DNA of 50,514 nt from Desulfobulbaceae bacterium (GCA_002868955.1 PKTW01000054.1:1-50514), one strand, 5' to 3'. Positions 30,254 through 41,801 are shown, counted from the stretch's first letter. Made by a program: numbers and translations. The notes: generated from the letters alone by a model not told the origin.

Positions 30254-31261
30254 CTATTTTTTTTCGAAAGCCTCTCTCATATAAACTGCCGCATCTTCAG
30301 GAGGCATGGGGTTGATGTAGAATCCAGACCCCCATTCAAAACCGGCTGTAGTCGTCAACTTCGGACGTATCTCGAAATGCCAGTGGTAATAATCCAGCGG
30401 CTCCGAGTGCAACGGTGCTCCATGCAGTACAAAGTTATAGGGCACATCCGGGATACAGGCGTCAAGCCGCTTCATGGTTTCTGAAAATATTTCCGCCAGT
30501 GCAATAAATGATACATCCTCTGTTGCTATATATGAAGAAGAATGTTTTTTGGGAAGAATCCACATCTCGAAAGGCGAACGGGGAGCAAAGGGCATGACCG
30601 TGACAAAACGGTCATTTTCACATACGACCCGTATCTTTTCTCGGAGTTCCTGGCGGATAATATCGCAAAAGATACACCGTTCCTTGTATTTATAATACGA
30701 AAGGCTGCCGTCGAGTTCAGAGACAATCATGCGGGGCAGGATCGGCAAGGCAATCAATTGCGAATGAGAATGCTCAAGCGAGGCTCCGGCAACTTTGCCG
30801 CTGTTTTTGAAAACCATGACATATTTAAAGCGCGGGTCGCGGCCCAGGTCAACCAATCGATCCCGAAAGGCCCAGAAAATATAAAGCAGCCGCTCCGGAG
30901 AAAGGTTTATGAATGTATCTCCGTGTTTTGGACTTTCTATGACTACTTCGTGGGCCCCGATACCGTTCATTTTATCGTAGATCCCTAATCCTTCCTTGTT
31001 GAGATCTCCTTCTATGACCAGAGCGGGATATTTGTTAGGTACAACCCTGATTTCCCAGCCCGGGGAATTAGGCGGATGGGACGGGTTGCGCCCGTAGGCT
31101 AATACTTCTGCTGGAGTTGTATTCTCATTGCCTGGACAGAGAGGGCAAAAGCCTCCCTTGACTATCTGTTCCTGTATAACAAAATCTGTAGGACGTCTGC
31201 TTCGCTCCTTCGCAATGATTATCCAGCGGCCGAGGATGGGATCCTTACGTAATTCTGGCAT
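30254..31261 (-). CDS. galT: GalT-family nucleotidyltransferase
   Basis: MPELRKDP; CPLCPGNE; VPNKYPAL; G.HEVVIESP.H; GASLEHSHSQ; AGFEWGSG. Confidence 0.88.
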   Translation of the reverse strand: MPELRKDPILGRWIIIAKERSRRPTDFVIQEQIVKGGFCPLCPGNENTTPAEVLAYGRNPSHPPNSPGWEIRVVPNKYPALVIEGDLNKEGLGIYDKMNGIGAHEVVIESPKHGDTFINLSPERLLYIFWAFRDRLVDLGRDPRFKYVMVFKNSGKVAGASLEHSHSQLIALPILPRMIVSELDGSLSYYKYKERCIFCDIIRQELREKIRVVCENDRFVTVMPFAPRSPFEMWILPKKHSSSYIATEDVSFIALAEIFSETMKRLDACIPDVPYNFVLHGAPLHSEPLDYYHWHFEIRPKLTTTAGFEWGSGFYINPMPPEDAAVYMREAFEKK

Positions 31262-31267
31262 ATTTTT

Positions 31268-31633
31268 TTACGGCTGGGCATGTTCTTTTTCGTGCTGTTC
31301 CTGTGCGGTCTTGCACTTAACACACAGTGTAGTGACCGGTCGGGCCTCGAGGCGTTTGATGGAAATTTCCTCGTCACAGCTTTCACATATTCCATATGAT
31401 CCGTTTTCGATTCTTTCAAGCGCTTCCTTGATCTTGGCAAGTAACTTTCTTTCACGATCCCGGATGCGCAGCTCAAAATTGCGATTAGATTCTGCCGTGG
31501 CCCTGTCTGCAGGATCAGGATAATTATCTGCCTGGTCAGTCATCTCCAACAGCGTTTTTTCAGCTTCGTTCAATATGTCCTGGCTCATAGCCTCAAGTTT
31601 GGCTTTGAAGTGAGTCTGTTGTTTTTTGTTCAT
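31268..31633 (-). CDS. dksA: RNA polymerase-binding protein DksA
   Basis: DPADRA acidic tip; RDRERKL..KI; YGICESC; RLEARP..TLCVKCK. Confidence 0.95.
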   Translation of the reverse strand: MNKKQQTHFKAKLEAMSQDILNEAEKTLLEMTDQADNYPDPADRATAESNRNFELRIRDRERKLLAKIKEALERIENGSYGICESCDEEISIKRLEARPVTTLCVKCKTAQEQHEKEHAQP

Positions 31634-31897
31634 AGTTCCTGCTCCAGTTTCGTTCTGTAAATATCCTTTTCAACTACGCACAATTAAAAAAATGAACTCT
31701 ATTCCTTAATACGATATTATATAAAATGGACTACTTTACCAGCCGCATTATGAAGGAGTGGAATATTATTGATTTGGCTGTCTTTGTCAACTGCTTTACT
31801 CATATCCTCAACTGTTAAGGCAAATTCAGGGACAGATTCAAGCCTTGTATTGCCTTGCCGGTTCAGCCAGCAGACAGGTCCGCTGGCGAAAAATTCC

Positions 31898-33028
31898 CTA
31901 TTCTGCCTTGCGGCCAAGGTGCAATAATTTCTTCAGCAGTCCTTCTTCGTTGCCCTTTTGTTTTTCTCTTTCCAGCGCACCGAATTCCTGCAGGAGTTCC
32001 TTCTGCCTTTTTGTCAGCTTCTTTGGAGTAACAACCTTGACTTCGACGACCATATCGCCGCGGCCATTACCTCGTAAGTGAGGCACCCCTTCATTTTCCA
32101 GGGTGAATCTCTGGCCGCTCTGGGTTGCTTTCGCAATCTTCAGTTTCTTTGTTCCGTGGATTGTCGGAACTTCCAGGTTGCAGCCAAGAGCAGCCTGGTC
32201 AAAGTCCACGGGGTACTGGCAATAAATCAAATCCCCCTGGCGCTGAAAAAAATCGTGCGGCTCAACATGTATTATAACATAAAGATCACCGGCCGGCCCG
32301 CCTTTACGACCGCCTTCCCCTGTCCCCCGTAAGCGCATCTTGGCACCGGTATCAACCCCGGCTGGTATTTTCAGGGCGACCTTTTTCTTGCTTTTAACCA
32401 GCCCGATACCATCGCAGTCAGCGCAGGGGTCTTTGATCACTTCCCCTTCACCTCGACACTGTGGACAGGTGGTGCTCATCCTGAAAAAGCCCTGGGCCCT
32501 GACCACCTGCCCCCTGCCATTGCAGGCGGAACAGGTTACCGGCTTGTACCCAGGACGCAACCCTGTTCCTTCACAGGTCCAGCAGGTATCCGGCCTTTCT
32601 ATCTCGATATCCTTGGAAATACCATGCACTGCTTCCATAAATGATATGGACAGGTCGTAGCGCAGGTCGGCCCCCCGCATCGGGCCCTGCCTTGAGCGCC
32701 GTGTATCGGCCCTGCCAAACCCGAAGATGTCTCCAAAAATATCACCGAAACTGGAAAATATATCCTCGAAGTCAGGTCCCTGGTACCCCCTGCTCTTCAG
32801 GCCTTCATGGCCATAGGTATCGTATATCTGGCGTTTACTGCTGTCGCTGAGAACCTCATAAGCCTCGGTAGACTGCTTGAACTTCTCTTCTGCTTCCTTG
32901 TCTCCGGGGTTGCGGTCCGGATGGAACTGCATCGCCAGCTTCCGGTAGACCTTTTTTATGTCCTCAGGAGAGGCCGTCCTTGAGAGGCCGAGCATCTCGT
33001 AATAATCAAGCTCCATGGTGTAAGTCAA
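31898..33028 (-). CDS. dnaJ: Chaperone DnaJ (alternative ATG start at 33016)
   Basis: J domain with HPD; DIF motifs; four CxxCxGxG repeats; IPAGVD; GDLYV. Confidence 0.96.
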   Translation of the reverse strand: MTYTMELDYYEMLGLSRTASPEDIKKVYRKLAMQFHPDRNPGDKEAEEKFKQSTEAYEVLSDSSKRQIYDTYGHEGLKSRGYQGPDFEDIFSSFGDIFGDIFGFGRADTRRSRQGPMRGADLRYDLSISFMEAVHGISKDIEIERPDTCWTCEGTGLRPGYKPVTCSACNGRGQVVRAQGFFRMSTTCPQCRGEGEVIKDPCADCDGIGLVKSKKKVALKIPAGVDTGAKMRLRGTGEGGRKGGPAGDLYVIIHVEPHDFFQRQGDLIYCQYPVDFDQAALGCNLEVPTIHGTKKLKIAKATQSGQRFTLENEGVPHLRGNGRGDMVVEVKVVTPKKLTKRQKELLQEFGALEREKQKGNEEGLLKKLLHLGRKAE

Positions 33029-33312
33029 GCGGCCTCCTGGGCTTTTTGCTTGGCTGCAGCATCATTTTCTGCCGCATCAGCCGCTGCATCTTCAACTCCA
33101 CGCTTGGGCAGATCAAGGATATTATCAAATGTAACAGAGCCGGCGGCAATTTCCCGCAGGGCCATGACAACCTCCTTATTCTTCCTGGCCGGGATCAATA
33201 AGGGAGACCCTTGCCTTCTTTGCTTGACCCGCTCCACCGCCAGATGCACTAGGCTGAAACGATTGTCATCACCAATTTTTTCCAAGCAGTCTTCGACTGT
33301 GATACGTGCCAT
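33025..33312 (-). CDS. rpoZ: RNA polymerase omega subunit
   Basis: [17 protein letters not shown]; NK.VV.ALREIA; GAGGAGG RBS. Confidence 0.94.
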   Translation of the reverse strand: MARITVEDCLEKIGDDNRFSLVHLAVERVKQRRQGSPLLIPARKNKEVVMALREIAAGSVTFDNILDLPKRGVEDAAADAAENDAAAKQKAQEAA

Positions 33313-33438
33313 AGGGTGTAACCTCCTCATATAAAACAACAGGTTCAGAGTGTCCGTCTTAAAAACTTGTAGAATATAATCATTTCAAGGAAATTCGCAA
33401 AGTTTATTTGCGAATGAAAGGAACGAACAGCTTGCCGC

Positions 33439-34737
<1,299 letters not shown>

Positions 34738-34825
34738 TTATATTCTCCTCAATGCTGAACCCAGAAAAAAATACATGATATATGAGTATGCAAAAAAATA
34801 CAGCGAAAAATTTTAAGCGCCAGCA

Positions 34826-34854
34826 ACCATAGTCAAAGGTTTCTCAAAAGTCAA
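34826..34854 (-). promoter_or_regulatory. Putative sigma70 promoter of purA
   Basis: Minus strand TTGACT-17 nt-TATGGT. Confidence 0.45.
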
Positions 34855-34883
34855 TCGGGCCTCTTCAGGATATTGACAGATTC

Positions 34884-34912
34884 TTGACACCCACTATTAA
34901 ATACCGTAGATT
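34884..34912 (+). promoter_or_regulatory. Putative sigma70 promoter of tatBC
   Basis: TTGACA-17 nt-TAGATT. Confidence 0.5.
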
Positions 34913-35099
34913 GCGGACTATATTTATCGATGATTTACTGTTGTCTTCATATGATTAAATAAAGCCCTTGCGTCTGCTGCAGGATTATAACATTACTGTT
35001 CGGCCGGCCGCCTTTCACTTGCAGGCGGAATCTATGGGGGAAGATGATATGAAATTGACTTCTGCAACCCTTTACTTCACTCCAAGGTGATCACGTTTT

Positions 35100-35486
35100 A
35101 TGTTTGGTATCGGATTTCCGGAACTGATCCTTATCATGGCTGTGGCGCTGATTGTAGTCGGCCCGGAAAAGCTGCCCGAGCTGGCCAAGGCCCTGGGCAA
35201 GGGTATTGTTGAGCTGAAAAAAGCGGCTTCCAGCCTGAAGGAAAGTTTCGAAGATGAAAATGAAGACCATGCAGCCGGGGGCCAGCAGGATAGCGACCAG
35301 CATCCAAACAAACTGCTGGAGGCATACAACAGCCTGCCGGAAGATGCCATGCCGGATAAACCCGACGCAACACTATCCAAAGAAACAGGGACAGATGCAG
35401 GACATGTTGCTGCATCTGAAGAGATCAGTCCCACCGCATCTGCAGAAACAGCCACCGAAAGCAAGGAAGACAAGAGTAACGCATGA
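35100..35486 (+). CDS. tatB: Twin-arginine translocase TatB (TatA/B family)
   Basis: MFGIGFPEL..I..VALIVVGPEKLPE; long acidic tail; precedes tatC. Confidence 0.85.
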   Translation: MFGIGFPELILIMAVALIVVGPEKLPELAKALGKGIVELKKAASSLKESFEDENEDHAAGGQQDSDQHPNKLLEAYNSLPEDAMPDKPDATLSKETGTDAGHVAASEEISPTASAETATESKEDKSNA

Positions 35487-36232
35487 TCACAACCTCGGCC
35501 CATCTTGAAGAATTGCGCCAGCGGCTGCTCGTTTCGTTTGCAGCAATATTCCTCTTTGCGGCGCTTTGCTATATTTTCGCTGAGCAGATTGCCCGGTTTT
35601 TCATGATCCCCCTCTTTCTTGCCTCACCGAACCTGATCAAGCTCGTCTATACCAACCTGACAGAGGCCTTTATCACGTACCTCAAGCTCTCTCTGCTCCT
35701 GGGCATCATTTTCAGCATTCCGGTCCTGCTTTATGAACTGTGGATGTTTGCTGCGCCGGGGCTGCATGCCGGTGAGAAAAAAACCGTCCTCACCGTAGTT
35801 TTCTGGGCCACCCTCCTCTTTGCTGCAGGGGCTGGCTTTGCCTTTTTTGTGGTCCTGCCCCGGGCCCTGCATTTTTTTATGGGTTTTGCCGGCCCGCAAC
35901 TGACACCGCTGCCAAAGCTTTCGGGCTATCTCACGTTTGTAGCCCGCACCTCTCTTGCCTTCGGACTGGCTTTCGAAATTCCCTTCCTAATGGTTGCTGC
36001 GGCTAAAATCGGCTGGGTCACGCGCAATTATTTTTCAACGAAACGCAAATACTTTTATCCGGCCATCCTGCTGCTCTCAGTTCTTCTCGCTGCAGGCGAT
36101 ATCATGGCCGCGATTCTTCTCTGTCTGCCGCTTTTTGCCCTGTATGAGTCAGGCATTCTTATCATCAAGCTTTTCACCGGAAAACCCGAAAACAAGGATG
36201 CACTGTCCAGTGACCCGGATGACAATGATTAA
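35483..36232 (+). CDS. tatC: Twin-arginine translocase TatC
   Basis: HLEELRQRL; EAF.TYLK; LYELW.F.APGL; FGLAFEIP; LYE. Confidence 0.93.
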   Translation: MITTSAHLEELRQRLLVSFAAIFLFAALCYIFAEQIARFFMIPLFLASPNLIKLVYTNLTEAFITYLKLSLLLGIIFSIPVLLYELWMFAAPGLHAGEKKTVLTVVFWATLLFAAGAGFAFFVVLPRALHFFMGFAGPQLTPLPKLSGYLTFVARTSLAFGLAFEIPFLMVAAAKIGWVTRNYFSTKRKYFYPAILLLSVLLAAGDIMAAILLCLPLFALYESGILIIKLFTGKPENKDALSSDPDDND

Positions 36233-36241
36233 TTATTTCAC

Positions 36242-36466
36242 ATGAAAAAGGAAGATCACTCTATAGATTACCGCAACGATACATTAGGGGCGGTCCGAGA
36301 CATCAGGAAACGTCTTAAAATGGCCAGGGCTGGTCATGTCATAAACTTTGTGTGCAACGATGCGCAGATAATCAGGCTCCTGCGCGAGATTACATACAGT
36401 GAAGGCGTGATCATACACCAGGAAACCACTGCCGATGGTGTATATATAACTATCCGCAAAACCTGA
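36242..36466 (+). CDS. TusA/SirA-like small protein lacking the CPxP motif
   Basis: 74 aa; pattern 'IDYR...KRLKM.AGHVINF..ND...YITIRKT' resembles the TusA fold. Confidence 0.5.
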   Translation: MKKEDHSIDYRNDTLGAVRDIRKRLKMARAGHVINFVCNDAQIIRLLREITYSEGVIIHQETTADGVYITIRKT

Positions 36467-36557
36467 AAAAACCAGTTGAGCAACACCCTTTCTTGCCTGT
36501 TTAACCTACCCCTGCATCATTTTCCTGAGCTTTCCTCTATTCTTCAAGCCAAAAAAA

Positions 36558-37376
36558 TTACAGTATGTATTTTTTTGAAATCCCCAGTTCCTGCATAACC
36601 TGGGTGGCTGTCTCCTCTATAGATTTCCCGGCCGAGGAGACAATGGGGATATGGGACTTCATGTAGATCTGTTCTGCCTGCTTCAATTCTTCGATACAGG
36701 TGGAAAGCCTGGCATACTTGCTGCCCTGATAGCGTTTTTCGCGCGCGCTATGCAACTGTTCCGGTGAGGTTGTCAGTGCAACGACGCGGCTTAAATTCTG
36801 CCGGATTATCTCGGGCAGCCTATAGGAGTTAAGATATTCCGAGGTAAACGGGAAATTGGCGGATTTAAGACCCATCTGGGTTGCCAGAAAAACAGAGACC
36901 GGTGTTTTACCTGAGCGGGAAACCCCCACCAATATGATATCGGCCTCATCGTATTCACTGACCTTGGTCCCATCGTCATGGGCCAGGCAGTAATGGATAG
37001 CTTCGACCCTTTTATTCATGGTCACATCACTTGGATGACGGGCAAAACCGGGCTCCCGCACAGCATCGGTTTCCAGGCACGTTTCCAAGCGCTCCATAAA
37101 CAATCCATAGGCTTCGAAATATTCCACTTCCGGTGAATCAAAAACAGCACGCACCTCCGGATCAAGGATAGTACTGAAGATTATCGGCCTGCGGCCACCG
37201 GAGCGCTTCATAATATGGGCCATTGTCTTTTGGGCCTCAGCTACGGTTCTGATAAAAGAAAATTTCTCTTCATTGAAATTTACTTGCGGAAACTGGCAGA
37301 TGAGGGCCTGGCCCAGATTGGTTGCCAGGATCCCGGTACTGTCTGAGATATAATAAACATCCTTTGAACTCCACAT
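36558..37376 (-). CDS. PEP synthase/pyruvate dikinase regulatory kinase-pyrophosphorylase (DUF299)
   Basis: ISDSTG..A; RVEAIHY.LAHDDG; ADIILVGVSRSGKTP; KSIEETA. Confidence 0.9.
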   Translation of the reverse strand: MWSSKDVYYISDSTGILATNLGQALICQFPQVNFNEEKFSFIRTVAEAQKTMAHIMKRSGGRRPIIFSTILDPEVRAVFDSPEVEYFEAYGLFMERLETCLETDAVREPGFARHPSDVTMNKRVEAIHYCLAHDDGTKVSEYDEADIILVGVSRSGKTPVSVFLATQMGLKSANFPFTSEYLNSYRLPEIIRQNLSRVVALTTSPEQLHSAREKRYQGSKYARLSTCIEELKQAEQIYMKSHIPIVSSAGKSIEETATQVMQELGISKKYIL

Positions 37377-37406
37377 GTTCCATGACTCCTTTCAAGGCTG
37401 CACTTA

Positions 37407-38141
37407 TTATTCTTTTGCGCCCACTGCGGCCAGGTATACAACAGATTCCTCCTCGCCATCAAGCCCGAACAGACTGTTTAACTGATCATCGTAAAATGCT
37501 GCCACCGGGCAGGCACCAAGCGCCAGTCCTTCTGCAGCCAGCAGCAGATTCTGACAGATATGACCTGCATCCATCATGACGTAACGCAAACCCCGGTGAC
37601 CGTACTTGGAAAAATTCCTGCGCAGAATGGCTGACCAGACAAAAACCACCCCGGCCTTGGCCATAAAATTCTGCCCCAGGGCAGCCTCTGCCACCCTTTT
37701 CCCTGCAAAACCGTCGATTATCCTCTCCAGGCCAAAATCTGCCGGTTGAAAATGATAAAGACCCGGGGGTAATGATTCGACATTCTGTATTGAAAGATAG
37801 GTCTCCACCGGGTAGAGCGCCCCTGCCGACGGTGCAGTCCTGAAAAAAAAGTTGCCGGCCCGGCCGCTTATCCCCTGGCTGGCCCAAAGCAGCATGGCAA
37901 TGTTCTCCATACTGAGGGGAATATCAGTGTAGCGCCTGCATGAGCGCCTAGACTGCAAGGCCTCATGCAGGCTTTTATCCATCTCCCAGTCAGTCGGCAG
38001 CTTTATTTTTTCAGCTTCAGCATACTGTTTATAAGGCTGCGCAGGTGTAATATCCAAACGGGGCTTATGCCACAGGGTCTGCGCGTCGAATTTTGTTTCC
38101 TGCAGATAACGGAAGCCCAGAGAATTTTTCAGATCATCCAT
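37407..38141 (-). CDS. SagB/ThcOx-type nitroreductase-family flavoprotein
   Basis: RRSCRRY; LLWASQG; RTAPSAGALYP; KYGHRGLRY..MDAGH..QN; AAFYD. Confidence 0.88.
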   Translation of the reverse strand: MDDLKNSLGFRYLQETKFDAQTLWHKPRLDITPAQPYKQYAEAEKIKLPTDWEMDKSLHEALQSRRSCRRYTDIPLSMENIAMLLWASQGISGRAGNFFFRTAPSAGALYPVETYLSIQNVESLPPGLYHFQPADFGLERIIDGFAGKRVAEAALGQNFMAKAGVVFVWSAILRRNFSKYGHRGLRYVMMDAGHICQNLLLAAEGLALGACPVAAFYDDQLNSLFGLDGEEESVVYLAAVGAKE

Positions 38142-38315
38142 GCTATAACCTTTCAGTCTCGAGTTAACACCTGCCCTTTTTGATTCGTTTTTGGGCAAGC
38201 AAAAATGAATTGATAGATAAATATGACATTATAATAACTCCCCCAAATTTAGCTGAATACATGATTATAATTCTAGGACTATAAGCTAAGCAAATGAATA
38301 ATTGGTTTAATATTA

Positions 38316-39434
38316 TCAGGAATTACTGCCAGTAAAAGCAGCACGGCACTCTTCAATAACCGCCCTGATCCCCTCTTCCTGCTCTTCAATACTTTCAACC
38401 AGTTTAAACTGCACCATGGCCCGCTCCAGGTTCTGGTCCCGGCGGCTGACCTTGAAATATTCATTGCCCTTCAGAAAATCCGTGTAGAACCGGAGTCCCA
38501 GTTCAAAGGGTATGAGTCTGATGGCATCAAAAAGAAAATTACAATCGCTGCCTGTCAAAGCCTCCCTGGCTGCCCCGGTATAGCCGCTTAAAACCGCTCC
38601 ACAGCGCTCAAGATCGAAACGGACAGCAGAAAAATCAGCAACCTCCTCTCCCGCCGAGTTGCAGCTGGAACGCAAACAGTCGCCGATATCATACAGCACC
38701 AGGCCGGGCATCACAGTATCCAGATCTATAATGCTGACAGCATGGCCCGTGCTCCGGTTTACCATGATGTTGTTGATCTTGGGATCACCGTGTATGACAC
38801 GCACCCTGAGCAGATTTTCTCTGCGTCCATTCTCCAGCACCGGGGCCCACCTCTTTCTATCCTCAACAAACTGTTGACAGAATCTGCCGGCTTCGCCGCT
38901 CTTATTGCTCCATGCTAAAACTTCATCATACTGTTTAAGGTAGTGCTCGATATTATGAAACTCGGGCAGGGTGGTATGCAGAAGTCCTGGTTTCAGGTCG
39001 CTCAGCAGCCAGTGAAAGATGCCCAGGGCCCGCCCCACCTCCCCGGCATCATGCAGGCAGGAAATCTGTTCAAGGGGGCTTGCCCCCCGGATAAAACGTA
39101 AGGCCCTCCAGAAGGCTCCATGCGCATCAACAAAGAAATCCCTGCCATCCCTGGCGGGCATAACTTCAAGCACCTGCCAGCCGGCATCAATTGAGCTGCC
39201 GCTGACTGTCCTCCGCTTCTGCATATGTGCGCAAACAAGCCGCAGGTTGTGCATGACTGCTGCAGGCTTAGTAAAAACCTGTGTATTGATGCACTGCAGG
39301 ATAAAGCAGTCTGCCCCGTTGCCCAGTTTTACCAGGTAGGTATCATGGATGATGCCGTGACCAAATGCCTCGACCCCGGCAATTGTTTCTGCATGGCTGA
39401 TAAAATTTTCAGCAGCCGCAATGACTGTATTCAT
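38316..39434 (-). CDS. Aminoglycoside phosphotransferase-family kinase (N-acetylhexosamine kinase-like)
   Basis: GHGIIHDTY; LQ.IN..VF; HGDPKINN; IDLDTV.PG; DIGDCLRS; ELGLRFYTD...YFK. Confidence 0.85.
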   Translation of the reverse strand: MNTVIAAAENFISHAETIAGVEAFGHGIIHDTYLVKLGNGADCFILQCINTQVFTKPAAVMHNLRLVCAHMQKRRTVSGSSIDAGWQVLEVMPARDGRDFFVDAHGAFWRALRFIRGASPLEQISCLHDAGEVGRALGIFHWLLSDLKPGLLHTTLPEFHNIEHYLKQYDEVLAWSNKSGEAGRFCQQFVEDRKRWAPVLENGRRENLLRVRVIHGDPKINNIMVNRSTGHAVSIIDLDTVMPGLVLYDIGDCLRSSCNSAGEEVADFSAVRFDLERCGAVLSGYTGAAREALTGSDCNFLFDAIRLIPFELGLRFYTDFLKGNEYFKVSRRDQNLERAMVQFKLVESIEEQEEGIRAVIEECRAAFTGSNS

Positions 39435-39682
39435 TTTAAGAGCCCGGCTGCCTCGTTGAGTTCTGCAAGGACATTCTTTTCATTCACGTTGTGCATCATT
39501 GCACTTTGCCTGATTGATTCAGTCGCCTGGCCCGGGCAGGAAAAACAGGCTGCCCCGTAATACTTCTTAAACACCATTTCCGAGCTTTCAGCCATACCCA
39601 TCCAGGCCCCAAGACCTGCAGCCAGAGAAAAATAAACTGAGGAAGCCAGCACAAACCCTTTTGTATATCTGTCCAATTCCAC
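39431..39682 (-). CDS. Short chimeric-looking ORF: one TM helix fused to a partial DUF1858-like CxxC domain (possible deletion remnant)
   Basis: N-terminal TM helix; C-half 'VFKKYYG..CFSCPG..TESI..SAMMHNV....LAELN' resembles DUF1858 without its N-terminal helices. Confidence 0.55.
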   Translation of the reverse strand: MELDRYTKGFVLASSVYFSLAAGLGAWMGMAESSEMVFKKYYGAACFSCPGQATESIRQSAMMHNVNEKNVLAELNEAAGLLK

Positions 39683-39822
39683 TCTTCCTTCATTTACGCA
39701 TTTGCTCTTGCATGATTATGGTGTAAATGATTTGATAGTTTTTTCTTTACATTGGTACTGTGTAGTATTGCAACTTTTGTTTCCGCTGCACCTGAAATAT
39801 TCGCAAATCAAGAACCACCTGA

Positions 39823-40344
39823 ATGAATAATCCCGAAAAATATATGCGAGAAGCCCTGCTGGAAGCCAGGGAAGCCCTTATTACAGGGGAATTTCCGGTG
39901 GGCTGCGTCATGGTGTATGAAGATGAAATTGTTAGCAGGGGAAGGAGGATCAACTCCAGGGCTCCTGACGAAAATGAACTGGACCATGCGGAAATTATGG
40001 CACTGCGAAAACTTTTTGCGCAGCATCCGCAGATCGAGCGCTCCGGAATCGCTGTCTATTCCACCATGGAACCCTGCCTCATGTGCTTTGCAACCCTGCT
40101 TTTAAACAATATCCGCACATTCGTATACGCATACGAGGACGTCATGGGCGGCGGCACCGGCCTCGACCTCAGCAAACTAACTCCTCTGTACAGGGAAATG
40201 TCAGTTGCCATAACACCCCATGTCCTGCGTCTGGAAAGTATGGAACTTTTCAGAACCTTTTTTGCTGACCGGGACAATACATATTGGCAGGACAGCCCTC
40301 TGGCCCGCTATACCCTTGAGCAAATTGCAGCGGAGAAAGAATAA
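39823..40344 (+). CDS. TadA-like nucleoside deaminase
   Basis: YMREAL.EA; GEFPVGCV; HAE; STMEPCLMC. Confidence 0.88.
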   Translation: MNNPEKYMREALLEAREALITGEFPVGCVMVYEDEIVSRGRRINSRAPDENELDHAEIMALRKLFAQHPQIERSGIAVYSTMEPCLMCFATLLLNNIRTFVYAYEDVMGGGTGLDLSKLTPLYREMSVAITPHVLRLESMELFRTFFADRDNTYWQDSPLARYTLEQIAAEKE

Positions 40345-41354
40345 TGAGTCTGCCGCATGCAAAGACCGTGGGATTCAAGCGCGGAGAAAGAAATGTCTTT
40401 TTTCATATTCTGACCGCGTGCAACCTCTCATGCCGCCACTGCTATATCAACCCCAAAGAGCAGGGTACAGAAACCGTATCAAGAGAAAACCTGGAAAAAT
40501 GGCTTAAGCTCTTCCAGGATGAAAGCAAAGAGACCAATGTTATCTTTCTGGGCGGTGAACCAACCATGCATCCGGATCTTCCCCATGCTGTCCGTTTTGC
40601 CAGAAAACTGGGGTACTCCTCTGTTACTGTTGATACAAACGGTTTCCTTTTCCATGATTTCCTGACGAACGTCAAAACTTCAGACCTTGATTTTTTAAGT
40701 TTCAGTCTGGACGGCCCCACCCCTGAAATAAATGATATGCTCCGCGGGGACGGTGTTTTTCAAACCTGTACGACAAACCTGCGGTCTGCTGTTGCTTCAG
40801 GTTTCAACGTCAGTCTGATCTACACGGTGAGCAGGTACAATATTGATCACCTGCACAAGATGGCCCCCCTGCTCGCCGCGTGGGGAGTTAAACGCTTCTT
40901 TATCCAGGTTATCGGCATCAGGGGCAAAACCGCAATACGCGATGCGGAAAAATGGCAACTCACCCCGGCAGAATGGCTGGCAAAGATTCCCGGGGTGGCC
41001 GCTGATGCCGCGGCACTGGGAATAACCGTGATCTTTCCAAAGGTGTTTCTGGAGCCAGGAGAAAAATTTGAATGCGCCGGCCGTGTGGCGGAAAATTACT
41101 TCATTTTTCCAAATGGCAGGGTTTATCAGTGCCCTTTATGCGAGGATTACCCTGTAAACGGGTTCAGGATTGCTGAAAACCAGCTCATCGCCAACACCGG
41201 TATGACAGAGACCAAACTCTTCAGCCTCGATATTCCTGAAGGCTGCGTCATCAACAAGCTCCTGCAGCCGGAAAATCTCAGCTATGATGCGGCAGGACAA
41301 CCACTGTATAAAATCTCCTGCTGCCTGCTCAAGCAGGAGTTAAAGGGAAGATAA
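40344..41354 (+). CDS. Radical SAM protein with Cys-rich C-terminal domain
   Basis: CNLSCRHC; FLGGEPT; DTNG; FSLDG; further Cys in ECAG, QCPLC, GCV, SCC. Confidence 0.9.
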   Translation: MSLPHAKTVGFKRGERNVFFHILTACNLSCRHCYINPKEQGTETVSRENLEKWLKLFQDESKETNVIFLGGEPTMHPDLPHAVRFARKLGYSSVTVDTNGFLFHDFLTNVKTSDLDFLSFSLDGPTPEINDMLRGDGVFQTCTTNLRSAVASGFNVSLIYTVSRYNIDHLHKMAPLLAAWGVKRFFIQVIGIRGKTAIRDAEKWQLTPAEWLAKIPGVAADAAALGITVIFPKVFLEPGEKFECAGRVAENYFIFPNGRVYQCPLCEDYPVNGFRIAENQLIANTGMTETKLFSLDIPEGCVINKLLQPENLSYDAAGQPLYKISCCLLKQELKGR

Positions 41355-41363
41355 CAAAAAGCT

Positions 41364-41567
41364 TCAACCCGTTTTCTTTGATCTTTTTTTCTTTTCCGCT
41401 CCTACGCCATCCCCTCCCTTGCTCTCGCTCTCCAAGCGGTAGCCTGTACCGGCACACTCTTCGCATTCCTCTGTTGAAAGGAGGAACCTGCTGGCCCCTT
41501 TAAAAAAACTGAGCTGGCCGATACCGCCGCAGAAATCGCATATTGTCTTCTGTTCTTTTTTTGCCAT
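41364..41567 (-). CDS. Small protein with two DnaJ-type CxxCxGxG zinc-finger motifs
   Basis: CDFCGGIG and CEECAGTG; basic tail. Confidence 0.7.
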   Translation of the reverse strand: MAKKEQKTICDFCGGIGQLSFFKGASRFLLSTEECEECAGTGYRLESESKGGDGVGAEKKKRSKKTG

Positions 41568-41801
41568 GCCCCAATTTTACACGAGTTTAAATTTTTTCCC
41601 AGTTTCTGTGGTTCTCATCTTCGCGCCAGCATACGCAGTCTCATTTTTACTTTATGCCAGGAAATCTGCCTGATGAAGGGCAGAATTTACATTTTTATAA
41701 TTTTGCCTGTTAAATAAGCCATTGAGTCTGGTATGATGAAAACAATCCAAAATCAATGGCTTTTCTTGTATCAGTCCTTTTTACATGCTAATCAAACAAC
41801 C

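Noticed and set aside
37407-41567. Possible RiPP or nucleoside-antibiotic cluster (SagB-like oxidase, kinase, small ORFs, deaminase, radical SAM)
   Set aside because: There is no YcaO, RRE, peptidase or exporter, and the genes fall in divergent units. Both small ORFs resemble folded domains rather than precursor peptides, and stand-alone SagB-type genes are common in anaerobes.
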